A stretch of DNA of 64,000 nt, taken from IMG/VR virus record IMGVR_UViG_3300033148_004307; one strand, written 5' to 3'. The notes below the pieces were generated by a model, which had not been told where the DNA came from, ran no database searches, and saw only the letters and a list, made by a program, of their open reading frames with translations. Position numbers and translations under genes: made by a program. The stretch's first letter is position 1. Each line of letters opens with the position of its first letter. This document shows, piece by piece, positions 10,814-23,211 of the stretch. The DNA comes from an uncultured virus (IMG/VR IMGVR_UViG_3300033148_004307) (taxonomy: Duplodnaviria > Heunggongvirae > Uroviricota > Caudoviricetes).

Positions 10814-11521
10814 ATAGATAAAGAAACAAAAAAGGATAAAGGATTCTGGGTACAATATCATATTGAACGTAGAAATTCCGATAAAAAAGAATTTGGATAC
10901 AATTATTATCTATATGAAGATGGCTATAAAGAAGATGATGAAGAATCATTTAGATTGGAAGCTCAATCATGGGCAGAAAATGAAAAACAAATGTGGGCTA
11001 AAGATAGATATAGTTATGGATATGAAATTATAAAAGAAGCCCCAATTGATTATATTAATGAGAAAATAAAGGACACAATAAACGAATTAAAATATTGGTT
11101 ATCTTTCAATAAAAGTAATGAATATTATATGTTAAAATCCGATTTAGAACACTACGATAGAGAGAAAAAAAGAAAAGAATCATTTAAAGAAATTGAAAGT
11201 TGTAAATTTACAGATGAAGAATTAATGAAATTTGAAGATAATGACTATCCTGTGGGTAAGGATTGTTATCTTTGTATTTATGTAAATTGCCAACATAATA
11301 AAAAAAATTATAGAGAAAGATTTTCAGGTAAACATAAACACGATTCAGAATTTGATATAAATATGCCTGTATTAACATACAATGGGTGGGTACTTGGTAA
11401 TGAATGGGGTATATATTCAGCATATTGCGAAGAAACAAAACGATGGCTATCATTTGAATCAGAGGTTGAAATGGTATTCACAATAGACCTTTATATTCTT
11501 GCAGAAACAATAAGTGATTAA
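10814..11521 (+). CDS. Hypothetical protein; frame extends to an ATA at the canonical start position
   Basis: GGTGGTAAT-ATA at 10805-10816 is in frame with track ORF 10955-11521. Confidence 0.6.
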   Translation: MDKETKKDKGFWVQYHIERRNSDKKEFGYNYYLYEDGYKEDDEESFRLEAQSWAENEKQMWAKDRYSYGYEIIKEAPIDYINEKIKDTINELKYWLSFNKSNEYYMLKSDLEHYDREKKRKESFKEIESCKFTDEELMKFEDNDYPVGKDCYLCIYVNCQHNKKNYRERFSGKHKHDSEFDINMPVLTYNGWVLGNEWGIYSAYCEETKRWLSFESEVEMVFTIDLYILAETISD

Positions 11522-11536
11522 TTTAGGAGAAATAAT

Positions 11537-12040
11537 ATGCCGAAAGAACCACTAATGGAAGATGAATTTCAAAGAATCCTAAATTCATGCGAAAATGAAT
11601 TTGAAAAACAAACAATATTGATTTTAAGATACACAGGGATGCACATATCAGTTATTTGTGATAAAGAAAATGAATACGATATAGCATTTAAAGGTAAATA
11701 TATACATTGGTATAGACCAAAAACACATAATTTAGTAAGAATCCCAATACACCCAATCATTAAGCCATTCATCAAAGAATATTTTGAAAATGAGAGGGCT
11801 ATGTATAGAAATTATTACAATCGAATGATAACAGAAATAGGGAAAAGAGCAGAAATAGAAGGATTATCCCCTATGAGTTTTAGACATACTTTCGGAGTGG
11901 CATTATTGGATGAAGGGTACACAATGACTCAAGTACAAACAATGATGGGAGTAACAGATTTACAAGTGATTACAAGATATACTCAATACTCTGATAGACA
12001 AATGGAAGCAAAATGGAAAGATACAGGATGGTTAGAATGA
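11537..12040 (+). CDS. Tyrosine recombinase-like protein, catalytic domain only, atypical active site
   Basis: LRYTGMHISV, RPKT, MSFRHTFG, VQTMMGV-x5-ITRY. Confidence 0.85.
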   Translation: MPKEPLMEDEFQRILNSCENEFEKQTILILRYTGMHISVICDKENEYDIAFKGKYIHWYRPKTHNLVRIPIHPIIKPFIKEYFENERAMYRNYYNRMITEIGKRAEIEGLSPMSFRHTFGVALLDEGYTMTQVQTMMGVTDLQVITRYTQYSDRQMEAKWKDTGWLE

Positions 12041-12130
12041 AAGAAGATAAAGATTACGAAATACTAATAAAAGCATTAAGAAAACAATTCTTAAATGAAG
12101 AATAAAATAGGTACTACAGGAGAATTAAAT

Positions 12131-12307
12131 ATGCACAAAGAACCAATAAGTGTTAGATTTACAGTAGAAGATGATAAATTAGTTAGGATGATTGCTGATA
12201 GAAAAAGAATGGACTTATCAAATTTAATAAGAATGGCTACATTTTACTTTTTTGAAAAATCAGAATTTCTTTCAAATAAAGAAAAGAAAAAATACAGATT
12301 GATATGA
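12131..12307 (+). CDS. Ribbon-helix-helix regulator
   Basis: ISVRFT...IADRKRMDLSNLIR. Confidence 0.7.
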   Translation: MHKEPISVRFTVEDDKLVRMIADRKRMDLSNLIRMATFYFFEKSEFLSNKEKKKYRLI

Positions 12308-12329
12308 ACAAAAGATAAATGGTGGTAAT

Positions 12330-13106
12330 ATGGTAACACACATCAGAATAAAAGAAAAAGATAGAGAAACAATCCAATCAATTAAATTATTAGATGAAAA
12401 TGATAAAGATTTTTTATCAAGAATAATAAAAGAAAAAAAAAGAGAATTAGAATCTAATGATAATAATATGTATGAACTAGATGAAGAAATATATTATGGA
12501 TGTATAGATTCAATTCACAATCTTATCGAAAAGTATGGAACTAAAAAAATAAAGTCATTATTAGTCAGGGATTTAAAAATTTATTCTAGTATTGATAGTA
12601 AAGATGTTTTAAAATATGGTATGAATTTCAATGCAATAGGACAATCAAGCATTAAAAAATTAAAAAATGCCCATATATCAAAAACAATTGTGAATAAAAT
12701 AGAAATGGAAGTAGAATTAAACGAATCGGAAAAATCAGTATTACATGATAATGGATTAGAATTGGTCTATAGTCAAAAGAGATTTTCATTTGTTAGGGTA
12801 TATAGTGGAAAAACTGACAAAAGGATGGAGAATTTAGAACTAGCCAATAAGAACAATCCTAAAAAAATAGAAATAGAGCAAATAAAAGTGGATAAAGAAA
12901 CACTTGAGAAAGTAAGAATCTTCATTATGAAATGTATAAACAATAAAAATCACACATTACAGGGAATGGCATTAAGTGGTTTAATACAGAAAGGAAAAGA
13001 GAATGGAATAGACAAAACTATTATTAAAAAAGTATTGGGGAATTTATTATATAAAAGTATTATAACTGAACATAAGAAATTCAAATATAAAATAGTACCA
13101 GATTAG
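12330..13106 (+). CDS. Multi-module protein sharing a central domain with 58105-58758
   Basis: RHH-like N-terminus, shared domain, wHTH-like C-terminus. Confidence 0.65.
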   Translation: MVTHIRIKEKDRETIQSIKLLDENDKDFLSRIIKEKKRELESNDNNMYELDEEIYYGCIDSIHNLIEKYGTKKIKSLLVRDLKIYSSIDSKDVLKYGMNFNAIGQSSIKKLKNAHISKTIVNKIEMEVELNESEKSVLHDNGLELVYSQKRFSFVRVYSGKTDKRMENLELANKNNPKKIEIEQIKVDKETLEKVRIFIMKCINNKNHTLQGMALSGLIQKGKENGIDKTIIKKVLGNLLYKSIITEHKKFKYKIVPD

Positions 13107-13130
13107 GCACTACAATAAGGAGAAATTAAT

Positions 13131-13463
13131 ATGGCAGATGAAGAATTTGAATATGGAAATACTATTGGATTAGATACATATCTTAAAGAGAAAGTATGTA
13201 AAAAATGTGTATATAAAGAAAAGAAAGTATGTTCTTATACAGATGAAGATGATGATTCAGATGAAACAGATTGGTGTGAGGCAATCGACCAATTAAGTAA
13301 TTTATTCGAGAGAGTATTTGATTTTAGAAACAAATTTATAGAAAAATTTGACAAATTGGAAGATTTATTTGATATAGAACCAATGAAAGAACAAACAGAT
13401 TTCATAAAATATCAAGAAAATTTCATTAAAGAAAATAATATTAAAATTCTGGATAACAATTAG
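13131..13463 (+). CDS. Hypothetical acidic protein with Cys cluster
   Basis: ORF after motif A and RBS. Confidence 0.7.
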   Translation: MADEEFEYGNTIGLDTYLKEKVCKKCVYKEKKVCSYTDEDDDSDETDWCEAIDQLSNLFERVFDFRNKFIEKFDKLEDLFDIEPMKEQTDFIKYQENFIKENNIKILDNN

Positions 13464-13488
13464 GAGTAATTATATCAATGGTGGTAAT

Positions 13489-13851
13489 ATGAAGATTAAT
13501 GATTATGGAATTGATGAAAAAGAAGAATACTATATAGACATTCACACAGAGGATAAAGAGGATGAAAAATATTTAGAATTAATGAACAATCTCAAAGAAG
13601 GTACAAAATGCGATTTATTATTGGTTCAATACGAAGAAGGATTCTCATTTCACATGAAAAATAGAAAAAATAATAATAGTTCTATAGAAATTGAAGTACC
13701 AGAAATGATTGAAAATCATCTCAAATATTTAGAAAAAAATGGATATGGTTCTGTAAGTGAAATAATACTGTCAAGTGGAATGATTGGAAATATCATAGAT
13801 ATTTATAATATGGTTAGACAGGAAGAAATAAGGGAAAATAATACTGATTAA
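13489..13851 (+). CDS. Hypothetical protein with C-terminal RHH-like module
   Basis: C-terminus paralogous to 22639-22818. Confidence 0.6.
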   Translation: MKINDYGIDEKEEYYIDIHTEDKEDEKYLELMNNLKEGTKCDLLLVQYEEGFSFHMKNRKNNNSSIEIEVPEMIENHLKYLEKNGYGSVSEIILSSGMIGNIIDIYNMVRQEEIRENNTD

Positions 13852-13890
13852 TGGATAACAATAGTGGGTAATAGTAACAGATGTGGTAAT

Positions 13891-15135
13891 ATGGCAAATA
13901 AAAAACAAGTGAAAAATATAAGTATATTTGAAAAAATATTAAAGAAGATGGACATTGAAGGTGGGAATAAAGAAGATTATGTCAAGATAGCAAAACATGA
14001 TATTTTCGGTGGTGGGAAAATCAATATTACACTTGGTGGAATGGGTACAGGAAAATGCAATATGTTAATTGGTATGGCTACAGAATTAGTAAAATCAACA
14101 GGATTTGAAGTCATTACTAATATCGGATTGAGTAAAAAATTAAGGTCTAGGAAAATCCACGATACTAATTGGTTTTCAGATATGTTGAGAATTATATGTA
14201 GAAATAAAATAGCCAATCTACATAGAAGTGAAAAGGAAAAAAGAATAATTGTTTTAATGATAGATGAATCTGAACCATTTTTCTACTATAGAGGGAAAGT
14301 AGTAGATATAAATTTATTGAATAATTTTGCTAGGAAATTTGATTGTTCTTTCACTTTCATATTACATAGGGCAGAGGATTTACCAGAGGAAATAAAGAAT
14401 AATCCTAACCTGAATTGCTTTATTCTTAAAGGGTATGATAGCAATTTAAATGAGATAAACACAACGATTGAAATAGATGGGGAAGAAAAAACAGATATTA
14501 AAAAATTAAATAGAATACGAAAAAGAGCAAAATTTTATTTTAGACCCATCAATACAGAAATAAATATTAATGGCATACCAGAATGTGAATATTATGATTT
14601 TGAAGAATACTCACATTTTGTAATTCAAGATGTAAATCATATTGAAAAATCAGTAAATCTTGATAAGATATTAGAAATATCTATGAATAATAAATCTTAT
14701 GTTGCCCCACGAAAAATAATAGAATATCTTGAAAAAGATTGGGTCTATGCTAGATATAAAATAGAGGATATAAGATGCCCAGATTATAATGAAGATGTAT
14801 TTGCAGAATGGGGAATAAGTAGATGTGGGGCTATAAAAGATTCAAAAATATTGAATTATTCTTGTAATATATTATTATCAAATTATAAATGCCCCAGAAA
14901 GAAAAGTATGAAAAAACTATTGTATGAAAGTTTAACAGGAAGAAAAATAACATCCCCATATAAAATATGTGGAAAAGAAGAAATAATATTGGAAAAGATA
15001 TTGATGGAATTATCTAAAGAAAAAAAAGATACAAAGAAAATCAAAGAATTAATTGACAATCTGGGAATATTTTATTATGGTAATGAAAAAATCATTAAAT
15101 TATCTGAAACATTAGAAATAAAACAAGAAAAGTAG
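13891..15135 (+). CDS. P-loop ATPase (viral extrusion/Zot-like class possible)
   Basis: Walker A GGMGTGKC, VITN strand, Walker B VLMIDE. Confidence 0.7.
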   Translation: MANKKQVKNISIFEKILKKMDIEGGNKEDYVKIAKHDIFGGGKINITLGGMGTGKCNMLIGMATELVKSTGFEVITNIGLSKKLRSRKIHDTNWFSDMLRIICRNKIANLHRSEKEKRIIVLMIDESEPFFYYRGKVVDINLLNNFARKFDCSFTFILHRAEDLPEEIKNNPNLNCFILKGYDSNLNEINTTIEIDGEEKTDIKKLNRIRKRAKFYFRPINTEININGIPECEYYDFEEYSHFVIQDVNHIEKSVNLDKILEISMNNKSYVAPRKIIEYLEKDWVYARYKIEDIRCPDYNEDVFAEWGISRCGAIKDSKILNYSCNILLSNYKCPRKKSMKKLLYESLTGRKITSPYKICGKEEIILEKILMELSKEKKDTKKIKELIDNLGIFYYGNEKIIKLSETLEIKQEK

Positions 15136-15159
15136 TTAGGCACTACAGGAGAGATATAT

Positions 15160-15654
15160 TTGAAAGCATATATACAAATTATGACAGAATCGAAGGAATT
15201 GTTGGATGAAATTAAATCAAAACTTGATGAAATTGAAGAAATTAAAATTTATAATGACGATATATTAGAGTTAAACCATGTAACAGATTTAAATAAAAAA
15301 ACTAACCAATATCATTTGACATACATGGGTAAATGTAATAGATATGATAGATATAAACTTGGGGATGAATTATTAATGGATAAGGAAATAGAAATTCTGC
15401 AAGTATTTAAAAGAATAGAAAAGGATTCCATCAATAACGAAATTAATACTTCAAATCCATATCTCAAAAATGATATTGAAAATAAATTAAAAGAACACAA
15501 ATTCAAAATTAACTATATCTCAGATTTGGTTAAGAAACACGATAAGAATTTTGATATTATAAAATATCAGATTAAATTATTAAACGAATATAAAAATATG
15601 TCAGATAATCCAGAATATTATGAAAAAGCTATTGAAGAATTAGAAAATAGTTAG
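15160..15654 (+). CDS. Hypothetical protein
   Basis: TTG start after RBS; bounded by motif A on both sides. Confidence 0.7.
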   Translation: MKAYIQIMTESKELLDEIKSKLDEIEEIKIYNDDILELNHVTDLNKKTNQYHLTYMGKCNRYDRYKLGDELLMDKEIEILQVFKRIEKDSINNEINTSNPYLKNDIENKLKEHKFKINYISDLVKKHDKNFDIIKYQIKLLNEYKNMSDNPEYYEKAIEELENS

Positions 15655-15962
15655 GCACTACATGGTGGTAATATGGAAGAAAAAGAAAGGTAGATTAAAT
15701 GAAAACTATAGAAGTAACAGATGAATTTTATAGCACTTTAAAAGCTATGATGAAATTTAAATACGAAGGTAGTTGTACACACGTTTTGAAATGTATGATT
15801 AATGATAATGGTAATTATAGTTTCAAAGTGCATATAAATATAAAAAAACATGATAGAATGAAAAATCATTTTAGAACTTTATAGAGAAAACAGTTCTTAC
15901 ATCCTAAATATGAGTGTAAGAATGAAAAAGAAAATAATAGTTAGGTATAACATTGTGGTAAT

Positions 15963-16418
15963 ATGAATAACAAAAACTTAAAAATCAATCAAATCGAAGC
16001 GAAAAATAATGCTATTAAACTAAGAGAGAAAATCATATTTCTTTTAGAAGAAACAGAGGTATTAAAATTTTGGCAATTTAGATATATATTATTGAAAAAA
16101 AATCAATTATATGTTATTAATGATTCTAAAAAGAAATGGGATTTTGATATGCTGATTAAAGGAAAAAAACTCGATTTTTATAGAGATAAATATTGCGAAT
16201 TTAATAATAGCTTATCAAGTTTTAACAATATATTAATCAATATGATAAATGAAGGTTTAATAGATAAGGAAGGTAAAACATATCGTAAAGGAAAATACAT
16301 TGATATATTATTTTTAAAATATAAAATAAAACCAACATTCAAAAAAGAAATTGAATATATTGAAATTGATACTGATACATTATTAGAAATATCAATAAAG
16401 AAATTAATGGATGGTTAG
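15963..16418 (+). CDS. Winged-helix-like protein
   Basis: SFNNILINMINEGLIDK wing pattern. Confidence 0.45.
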   Translation: MNNKNLKINQIEAKNNAIKLREKIIFLLEETEVLKFWQFRYILLKKNQLYVINDSKKKWDFDMLIKGKKLDFYRDKYCEFNNSLSSFNNILINMINEGLIDKEGKTYRKGKYIDILFLKYKIKPTFKKEIEYIEIDTDTLLEISIKKLMDG

Positions 16419-16832
16419 AATGAAAGAAAGTTATGAGAGAATTAAAGAATTACATCTAAATTATGAAGGATTATCAAATAGGGAGAAATTATTATTCCTA
16501 AATAAAACAGGATTAAAGGAGAAATAACTAGGCACTACATGGTGGTAATATGGAACAAAAAGAATTAATTAATAAATTTATAAAATATTTAAAATTCTAT
16601 CACAGATTAGATTTAAAAGAGGTCGAGATAACTGATTCTAGGGGCTATTGGAGAATAATAAAAGAATGTAAGGGGGAATGTAGAGAGGGTCATAGACAAC
16701 CGATTAATCACACTATTTATTATGTAGATGGTGGTAGAGATTCAAAAGGTAGATTTGAAACCCCCTATAAAACATGGAAATTAATCAAATCAATGGATAA
16801 CAAACGAGGGCAATAGTAACAAAGGTGGTAAT

Positions 16833-17030
16833 ATGGTAGAATTTGACTTTAAATTTGATGATAGAAATAGGATTTACATTCCAAAATATTTACATGGCAC
16901 ATTCAATACTAAAGAAATAAAGGGTTTAGCGACACCAGATTTATTATTGCTTTATCCAGAAGGTATATCAAAGGACAGATTAATTAAAAATGTTGAATTG
17001 TTATTAATGCAAATAGAACTTGAAAAATAA
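16833..17030 (+). CDS. AbrB/MazE-like DNA-binding protein
   Basis: FDDRNRIYIPK signature. Confidence 0.6.
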   Translation: MVEFDFKFDDRNRIYIPKYLHGTFNTKEIKGLATPDLLLLYPEGISKDRLIKNVELLLMQIELEK

Positions 17031-17055
17031 ATATATGGATAACAGATGTGGTAAT

Positions 17056-17592
17056 ATGAAAGATGGATATTTACAGATGAAACAAAAGGAATTAAATGAA
17101 GATATGGAGAAATTAGAATCTAAAATGAAAGAACACAATACAGAAATCCAATCATTGTATAAGAAAATAACAGATAAATTAGATAAATATTATGATTTGA
17201 TGAAGCCATTGTTAGATTCAATTGATTTAATAACTGAATACAAAAATTCCATAGAGGAAATATTTGATAGAAAAATAATAGAGAAAGTTAATGAAGGGGT
17301 AGCCCAGATAACCAATAATGCAAAAGAAACATTCAATCAAGCAGTAGAATTTTTAGAGAAAAAAAATAATAATTTTTTATCAGATATTTCTAATCAGTTC
17401 AGTAAAAGCTACGATGAGAATTGGATTAAAATTAATGATGAAATTAAAAGTTATTTTGAATTAAATCAAATTAATCATCAAGCAATAATTAATGAAATTT
17501 GTGAAAAGACAAATATAACTTTAGATAAAGGAATTAAACTAACAGATAAACAAGCATTAAAGAAAGCTAAAAAAGAAGGATTAATTAATTAG
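17056..17592 (+). CDS. Coiled-coil protein, paralog of 47475-48089
   Basis: GYLQMK-x-KEL...KLDKYYDLMKP shared. Confidence 0.75.
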   Translation: MKDGYLQMKQKELNEDMEKLESKMKEHNTEIQSLYKKITDKLDKYYDLMKPLLDSIDLITEYKNSIEEIFDRKIIEKVNEGVAQITNNAKETFNQAVEFLEKKNNNFLSDISNQFSKSYDENWIKINDEIKSYFELNQINHQAIINEICEKTNITLDKGIKLTDKQALKKAKKEGLIN

Positions 17593-17617
17593 GCACTACA
17601 ATTAAGAAGATGGTAAT

Positions 17618-18283
17618 ATGGTTAAAAATAAATTAAATATCGATAGAAGTGAAAAAAAGATAGACGATGTATTTGATATTATTTTAGCTAACACAGAACT
17701 ATCTGAGGTATCAAAAAAGATATTAAAAAATGATGCCCAGAATTTAAGTAAAAAAATTGGAAAAAATATAAGAGAAAAATGGACTATTGGAAGGGTAGCA
17801 TTAAAATTAGCGTGTGATAAAAATTCATGTGCTTTAAAAATTCATGTACCATTCAAACATTTGCAAACAGGCAGAAAGATATGTGGTATAAAATCAAGAG
17901 TATATCCAGAGCAATATCTTGATGCCCAAATATCAGTATTAAAAAATTATTTTGGTTGCATTAAATATGACAATAGGAGAATAGTATTGGACAATGTAAG
18001 GAATTGGGCAATCAAGCAAATGAAAGAATTAGAAGAAAATCCATTAAGTATAAATTATAGCCCTCTGAGTATATCTTTATCATTCATTTATCTTGGATTA
18101 ATAAAGTATGAGTTTGCAGAAGCACAATCATCATTAGGTAGCATATTTAACGTAGAATATCAAACAATTGGTAGAATTTCAAGAGATTTGATAACAAGAT
18201 ATGGGTATGATAAAACAAAATGGCATAAAAAATATCATGGACTTGATAATTTAGGCACTACAGATGGTGGTAATTGTGAATGA
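17618..18283 (+). CDS. TFIIB/TFB-like cyclin-fold protein
   Basis: SPLSISLSFIYL...Q-x2-LG-x2-FNV-x3-TIGRISRDL resembles TFB second cyclin repeat and HTH. Confidence 0.6.
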   Translation: MVKNKLNIDRSEKKIDDVFDIILANTELSEVSKKILKNDAQNLSKKIGKNIREKWTIGRVALKLACDKNSCALKIHVPFKHLQTGRKICGIKSRVYPEQYLDAQISVLKNYFGCIKYDNRRIVLDNVRNWAIKQMKELEENPLSINYSPLSISLSFIYLGLIKYEFAEAQSSLGSIFNVEYQTIGRISRDLITRYGYDKTKWHKKYHGLDNLGTTDGGNCE

Positions 18284-21200
18284 AGATAAACCATATCCAG
18301 AATTGGAATATACAATAGTGATAGTAGTACCAAGAAAAAACTCATTAAAATCAGAATGTAATAAAAATAGTGTCCATATAAAAAGAAGGATTAACGTACA
18401 TCTACAGGGTGTAGGATTTTTTATGAGAATTATTGCAGATTCAAAAGGAAAAGAGATAGCAGAGAAATATATGGATACAAAATTAAAATGGGAATTAAGA
18501 TAACAAAATGGTGGAAATATGTGGCAAGATTTAGTAGATAAAGAAGAAAAATACATTGGTGGGAAATTAATAGAATATCCAGATAGTATAGGAAAAGCAC
18601 TAGGATATAAAATTGAAGAAACAACAATTACAGGATTCTCATTAACAGATGAATGGTTCGAAGTTAAAGGTAAAGATTTTAATTGTGGTGGTTCAAGAGA
18701 ACACTTAGGGGTTATGAACAATCAAAAAGAAAAGGGATTGGTAATAAGTGGATTCGGTGGACAATTATTTCAAATAATTGAAAAAGAAATAGGCACTACA
18801 TAAAGGTGGTTAATGTGGTAAAAGAAATTACAAATTATTTGTGTGAATATTGCGATAGTGGATATGACACTAGAAAAGAAGCTGAAATATGTGAAAAGGA
18901 ATGTATCATACTTCGCACTACAATTAAAGATGAAAGCAAGTCAGATTTAAAAAAAGAATTACCAGAATTGACAAAGATACAGAAAGAAATTATAGATTTC
19001 TGGAATACAAGAGGATATGAAAATATTACTCATACATTAGGAATGAATATTAGATTACATTTGAAAGATAAATATGTTCCTAATGGATTGGATTTAATTT
19101 ATTTAGAGCAATTCTATAATTTAGCAAAGAAAGACATTCAAAAAGACAAATATCAATGTGAAAAATGTAAAGGTACAACCTTCAAAATAAAAAAGAATGA
19201 TGATGAACATAAAATGGATTATATTTGTTCTAATTGTGGAATTGTTTGTGTTGAATATTATTATTAATGGATAACAAAGAGGGATAATAAAATGGTCAAG
19301 TGTCCAAATTGCCAAATAGATAGGGAAAAAATATCTGGTAATTATAGATTTGAAAAACAATATTCAAGAGGTAATGGCTATTATAGGTGTAGTTGGTGTG
19401 GTTATGTAATCAAAGATAATGACATTATAGAGAAAATAAACAATGAATATCATGGATAACAAAATGGTGTAATAGTAACAGATGTGGTAATATGGTATAT
19501 GGATTTACAATTATAGAACATGGAGAATTTACAAAGAAGATGTATGCACTATTCAATGAATACATCTTTTTCAATGCAGATAAATTATGGGAAAAAGCTG
19601 GAATACATGGCATACTTCATAATAGCGAGGGATTTATCTGTGGTCAAATAACAGATGAATTAGAAAAGGGATTAAAATATTTTAAAGATAATGAAAATGA
19701 ACTAAGAAAATTAATTCCAAGTAAAAGCGAATCAGATTATGATACTGCTTACAATTATTTAAAAGAAATAACAGAGAATTGCTTGAAATATTATGGATGT
19801 ATAATTAAAATACAACGTAATTAGGCACTACATAAGGTGGTAATATGTCAGATGAAAATTTAATCAATGGAAAACCAGAATCTAATGATTTAACAGGATG
19901 GATTGAATGGGCAGAATCAATTGATGGAAATCCTGAAGGGGAATGTGCATCAGAATGGGAAAACTCTGGTGGGCAATATGAAATAGAGTTGGTAACAACA
20001 GATTATGTTCTATCTTTATTGGATGAAGTTAGAAAAATGAATCTCGATACAGAGGGATTCATAAAGAAAATAAAACATCCTTACGATTAAAGCAAATAGA
20101 TAACAGATGTGGTAAAAATGGAGAAAGATTACGAGAAATGCAAGAGATATACAGGAGATAATATTTGTGATATAGCCCATCCACATATTAGTTATTGTGA
20201 TGTGAATAGGAATAATTTACAATGTCCAGAAAGCATGAAACCATCAAAGGATATTGAAGATTCAGAAAGAAATAACCAGATACTTATAGAATTAAAACTC
20301 AGAATCGGAATCAGGATGCTAGAGAGAATTGAAAGAATACTTACAACAAAAGCTGGACATTATGAGGATGTGAACGAATTTATAATTGATTCAATAAGAC
20401 ATAGTTTTAGTGATATTGATAATAAATAGGCACTACAGGATGATATTATGGTCAGAGTAAATAAAGATGGAAATATGAAGATTAAGAATGTTCAGGAACT
20501 AATTATATCAAAAGGTGGACATTTGACAATAATAAAAGATAAAACTACTGATTTTTACCAAAAACATCAATGGAATAAATTGGAAATATCAAACGAATAA
20601 TCAAGATAACAATGGTGGTAATATGGATAAAGAAGAAATGGAATGGCTTAAAGGGGCTATATGTGGGGTTATTGCTGGAATATTAACAGGAGTAGCTATT
20701 TATTTTACTATGAATGGATTTTAATGGTGGTATTATGAGTTTCATATTAGAATGTCAGAATAATAAATGCAATCTCAAACAATATTACATTAAGACAGAT
20801 GAAAAAACAGAGAAAACACTTCAAAGGATGGCATCAAAGGGGGTAGGTATGTGTCATAAATGCCAATCTAAAGTGTTATTCAAGATAATCAAATTCAAAA
20901 CACTATTAGAATTAACTAGATTATTCCCAAATAAGAAGGTAATTTATACAAAATTAGAAGAAAAAGAATTATTAAATTTAGATGTAGATTTGGATAGATT
21001 ACCTTATGTAACAGATAAAGCCGAAATAGAGGGAGATATAGCACTTCAAAAATGAAGGTGGTATTATGCTAAGATTTCAATGTTATTGCGATTACAGGGA
21101 AGTAAAAGGGGAATTAGAAGGAATAGAGATAGATATGGAATACAAAGGAAAAGGAATATTTCAATGTCCTAAATGCAATAGAGAGGAAAACCTACTTGAA

Positions 21201-22621
21201 GTGGTCTATAAATTGAAGCTAAAAATAGACAATATCGAGGGCTTTAACGAATTGGAAATTATTGATAGCGATAAGGATATTAGCCAACATTTCTACAATG
21301 ACCCATCACACTTGATAATTAAAGATTGCATCCAAGATGATTTGAATGAGGATATTTGTTTAAATGGATGGTTAAAAGAACAGAAAGAAGGAATCATTGA
21401 GATTGAATTACTTTATGAACCCTATTCATATCAAACTGATTATGGAACAGAATATGATTTGAATATGGAACTATTGAATGAGGGAGAATATGAAAGTATT
21501 TGTAAAAAAGAACATTAGGTCAGATAATTATATTGATTATGTTGGAATAGTAAAAAAAGGAGTCCATGTAGCAATCATTAATCAAAATGGGGCTATTTCT
21601 TGCAAATCAGATACATTTGAACTCATTGGAATAAAATTAGATGAATTTGAATTTCTATCTAAAGAGGATAGAGAATCTTGGATTAGTATTGCTTATCCAA
21701 ATATACCAATAGTTAGAGAATAATATGAAGGGATTAAATGAAAGTAACAGTAGAATACGCTTTGAATCAGCTATACAAAATATGGTTAATGGCATTAATT
21801 ATAACAGTTGGAATAGTAGTTGGAATGATAATACTTCCTGATACTAGAGAAACAGGATGGATATTCTTATTCTTTACACTAACTATGTGTCTATACCAGA
21901 TGGGTTTAACATTTCACTTTTACGAGTATGATTTAAAAGAAGAATCAAAAGAAGATGAACAATTGGTAGACAAATCAAAATCAGAGGGATAATATGTTTG
22001 AATATTTAGATTTGGAAGGTTGCATATTAATGTATGCCATGTATATATCTGAGGATATTGGTACACAAAGAACAGATTTACATTATAGATTATGTGAATT
22101 ACTAAAAGTCAGTATTGATAATTTTAGACCCTTTGAGGATATGAATATTACTAAAATACCAACAGAAAAAGAAGCCGAATCAATAATCAGAAAAGCAATA
22201 AAAGACTTAGGCACTACAAATTAAAGGATGATGATATGGCTACAGAATATGAATTAATGAAATTTATTAAAAAAGAAGTAGATTTTCAATTCCCAGATGG
22301 AATAGATAGCGATAGTGAAACAGTTGGGGATGCTAAGATGATTATTAAGTATCTGCTCAAATGGGATGATTCAGTACGTGGTCAATACAAACTCGTAAAA
22401 ACCAAGAGGAAATCGAAATGAACTTAGAACCAAAATTGAAATATCATAAAAAATCAACCAAATTACATCACATAATCGGTCTAATATGTCCGATGTGCAA
22501 ATCTACTACAAGCATGGGGTTCGTTACATCAAAAAATATCATTGATGAAGAATTACAAAATATCATAAATGGATTAAAATCAGAATTTAAATTCAAACAT
22601 ATACTAAATTGTAAAGGATAA
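18276..22621 (+). other. Array of small hypothetical genes (including 18519-18803, 18806-19267, 19492-19824, 19845-20090, 20118-20429, 20735-21055, 21066-21518, 21738-21992, 21994-22224, 22236-22421, 22418-22621)
   Basis: Abutting + ORFs, several Zn ribbons, separated by motifs A/B and GGTGG RBS. Confidence 0.7.
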
Positions 22622-22638
22622 TATGAAGGGATAGAAAA

Positions 22639-22818
22639 ATGACAATAAGAGTATCATTATCAATAACAGATAAATTATATGACCAATTAAAATATTTGAA
22701 AGAAGATGGATTTGGTTCTATGAGCAGTATAATAATGTCTAGTGGGGTTATTGGTACAGTATCAGATATTTATCACATGGCTAGGGAAGATGAAATCAGA
22801 AAACAGAATGAGGGATAA
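22639..22818 (+). CDS. RHH-like microprotein (59 aa, absent from ORF track)
   Basis: MTIRVSLSITDKLYDQLKYLKEDGFGSMSSIIMSSG. Confidence 0.65.
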   Translation: MTIRVSLSITDKLYDQLKYLKEDGFGSMSSIIMSSGVIGTVSDIYHMAREDEIRKQNEG

Positions 22819-23211
22819 TAATGGAATTACAACAATGTTTGGATATGATGGAAAATAAGGGAATTATCACTAAAAACGATATAGGAATCAATGTAACACA
22901 AAAATTTAAAGATGAATTGGTTAATTATTTTGTAAAAGTAAGAGAGAAATTGGATGGGGAAGTTAAAAATAACAAAATAAGCATTGAGGAATTTCACGAT
23001 TCAGTAATAATATCTACTATAGCATCTTTTTTTGATGATTTCAATAATGAAGAAATGAGTAGTTATTGGGAAGTAATAAGCAAATTTGAAGGTACTATTA
23101 AAATGAAAAAAATAAATCCGATAGATGTGGATACAGATATTTTAAAAGAGATGTGGGAAGAATTAAAGATTGAAAATAGTAACTAGGCACTACAATTATT
23201 TAGGTGGTAAT

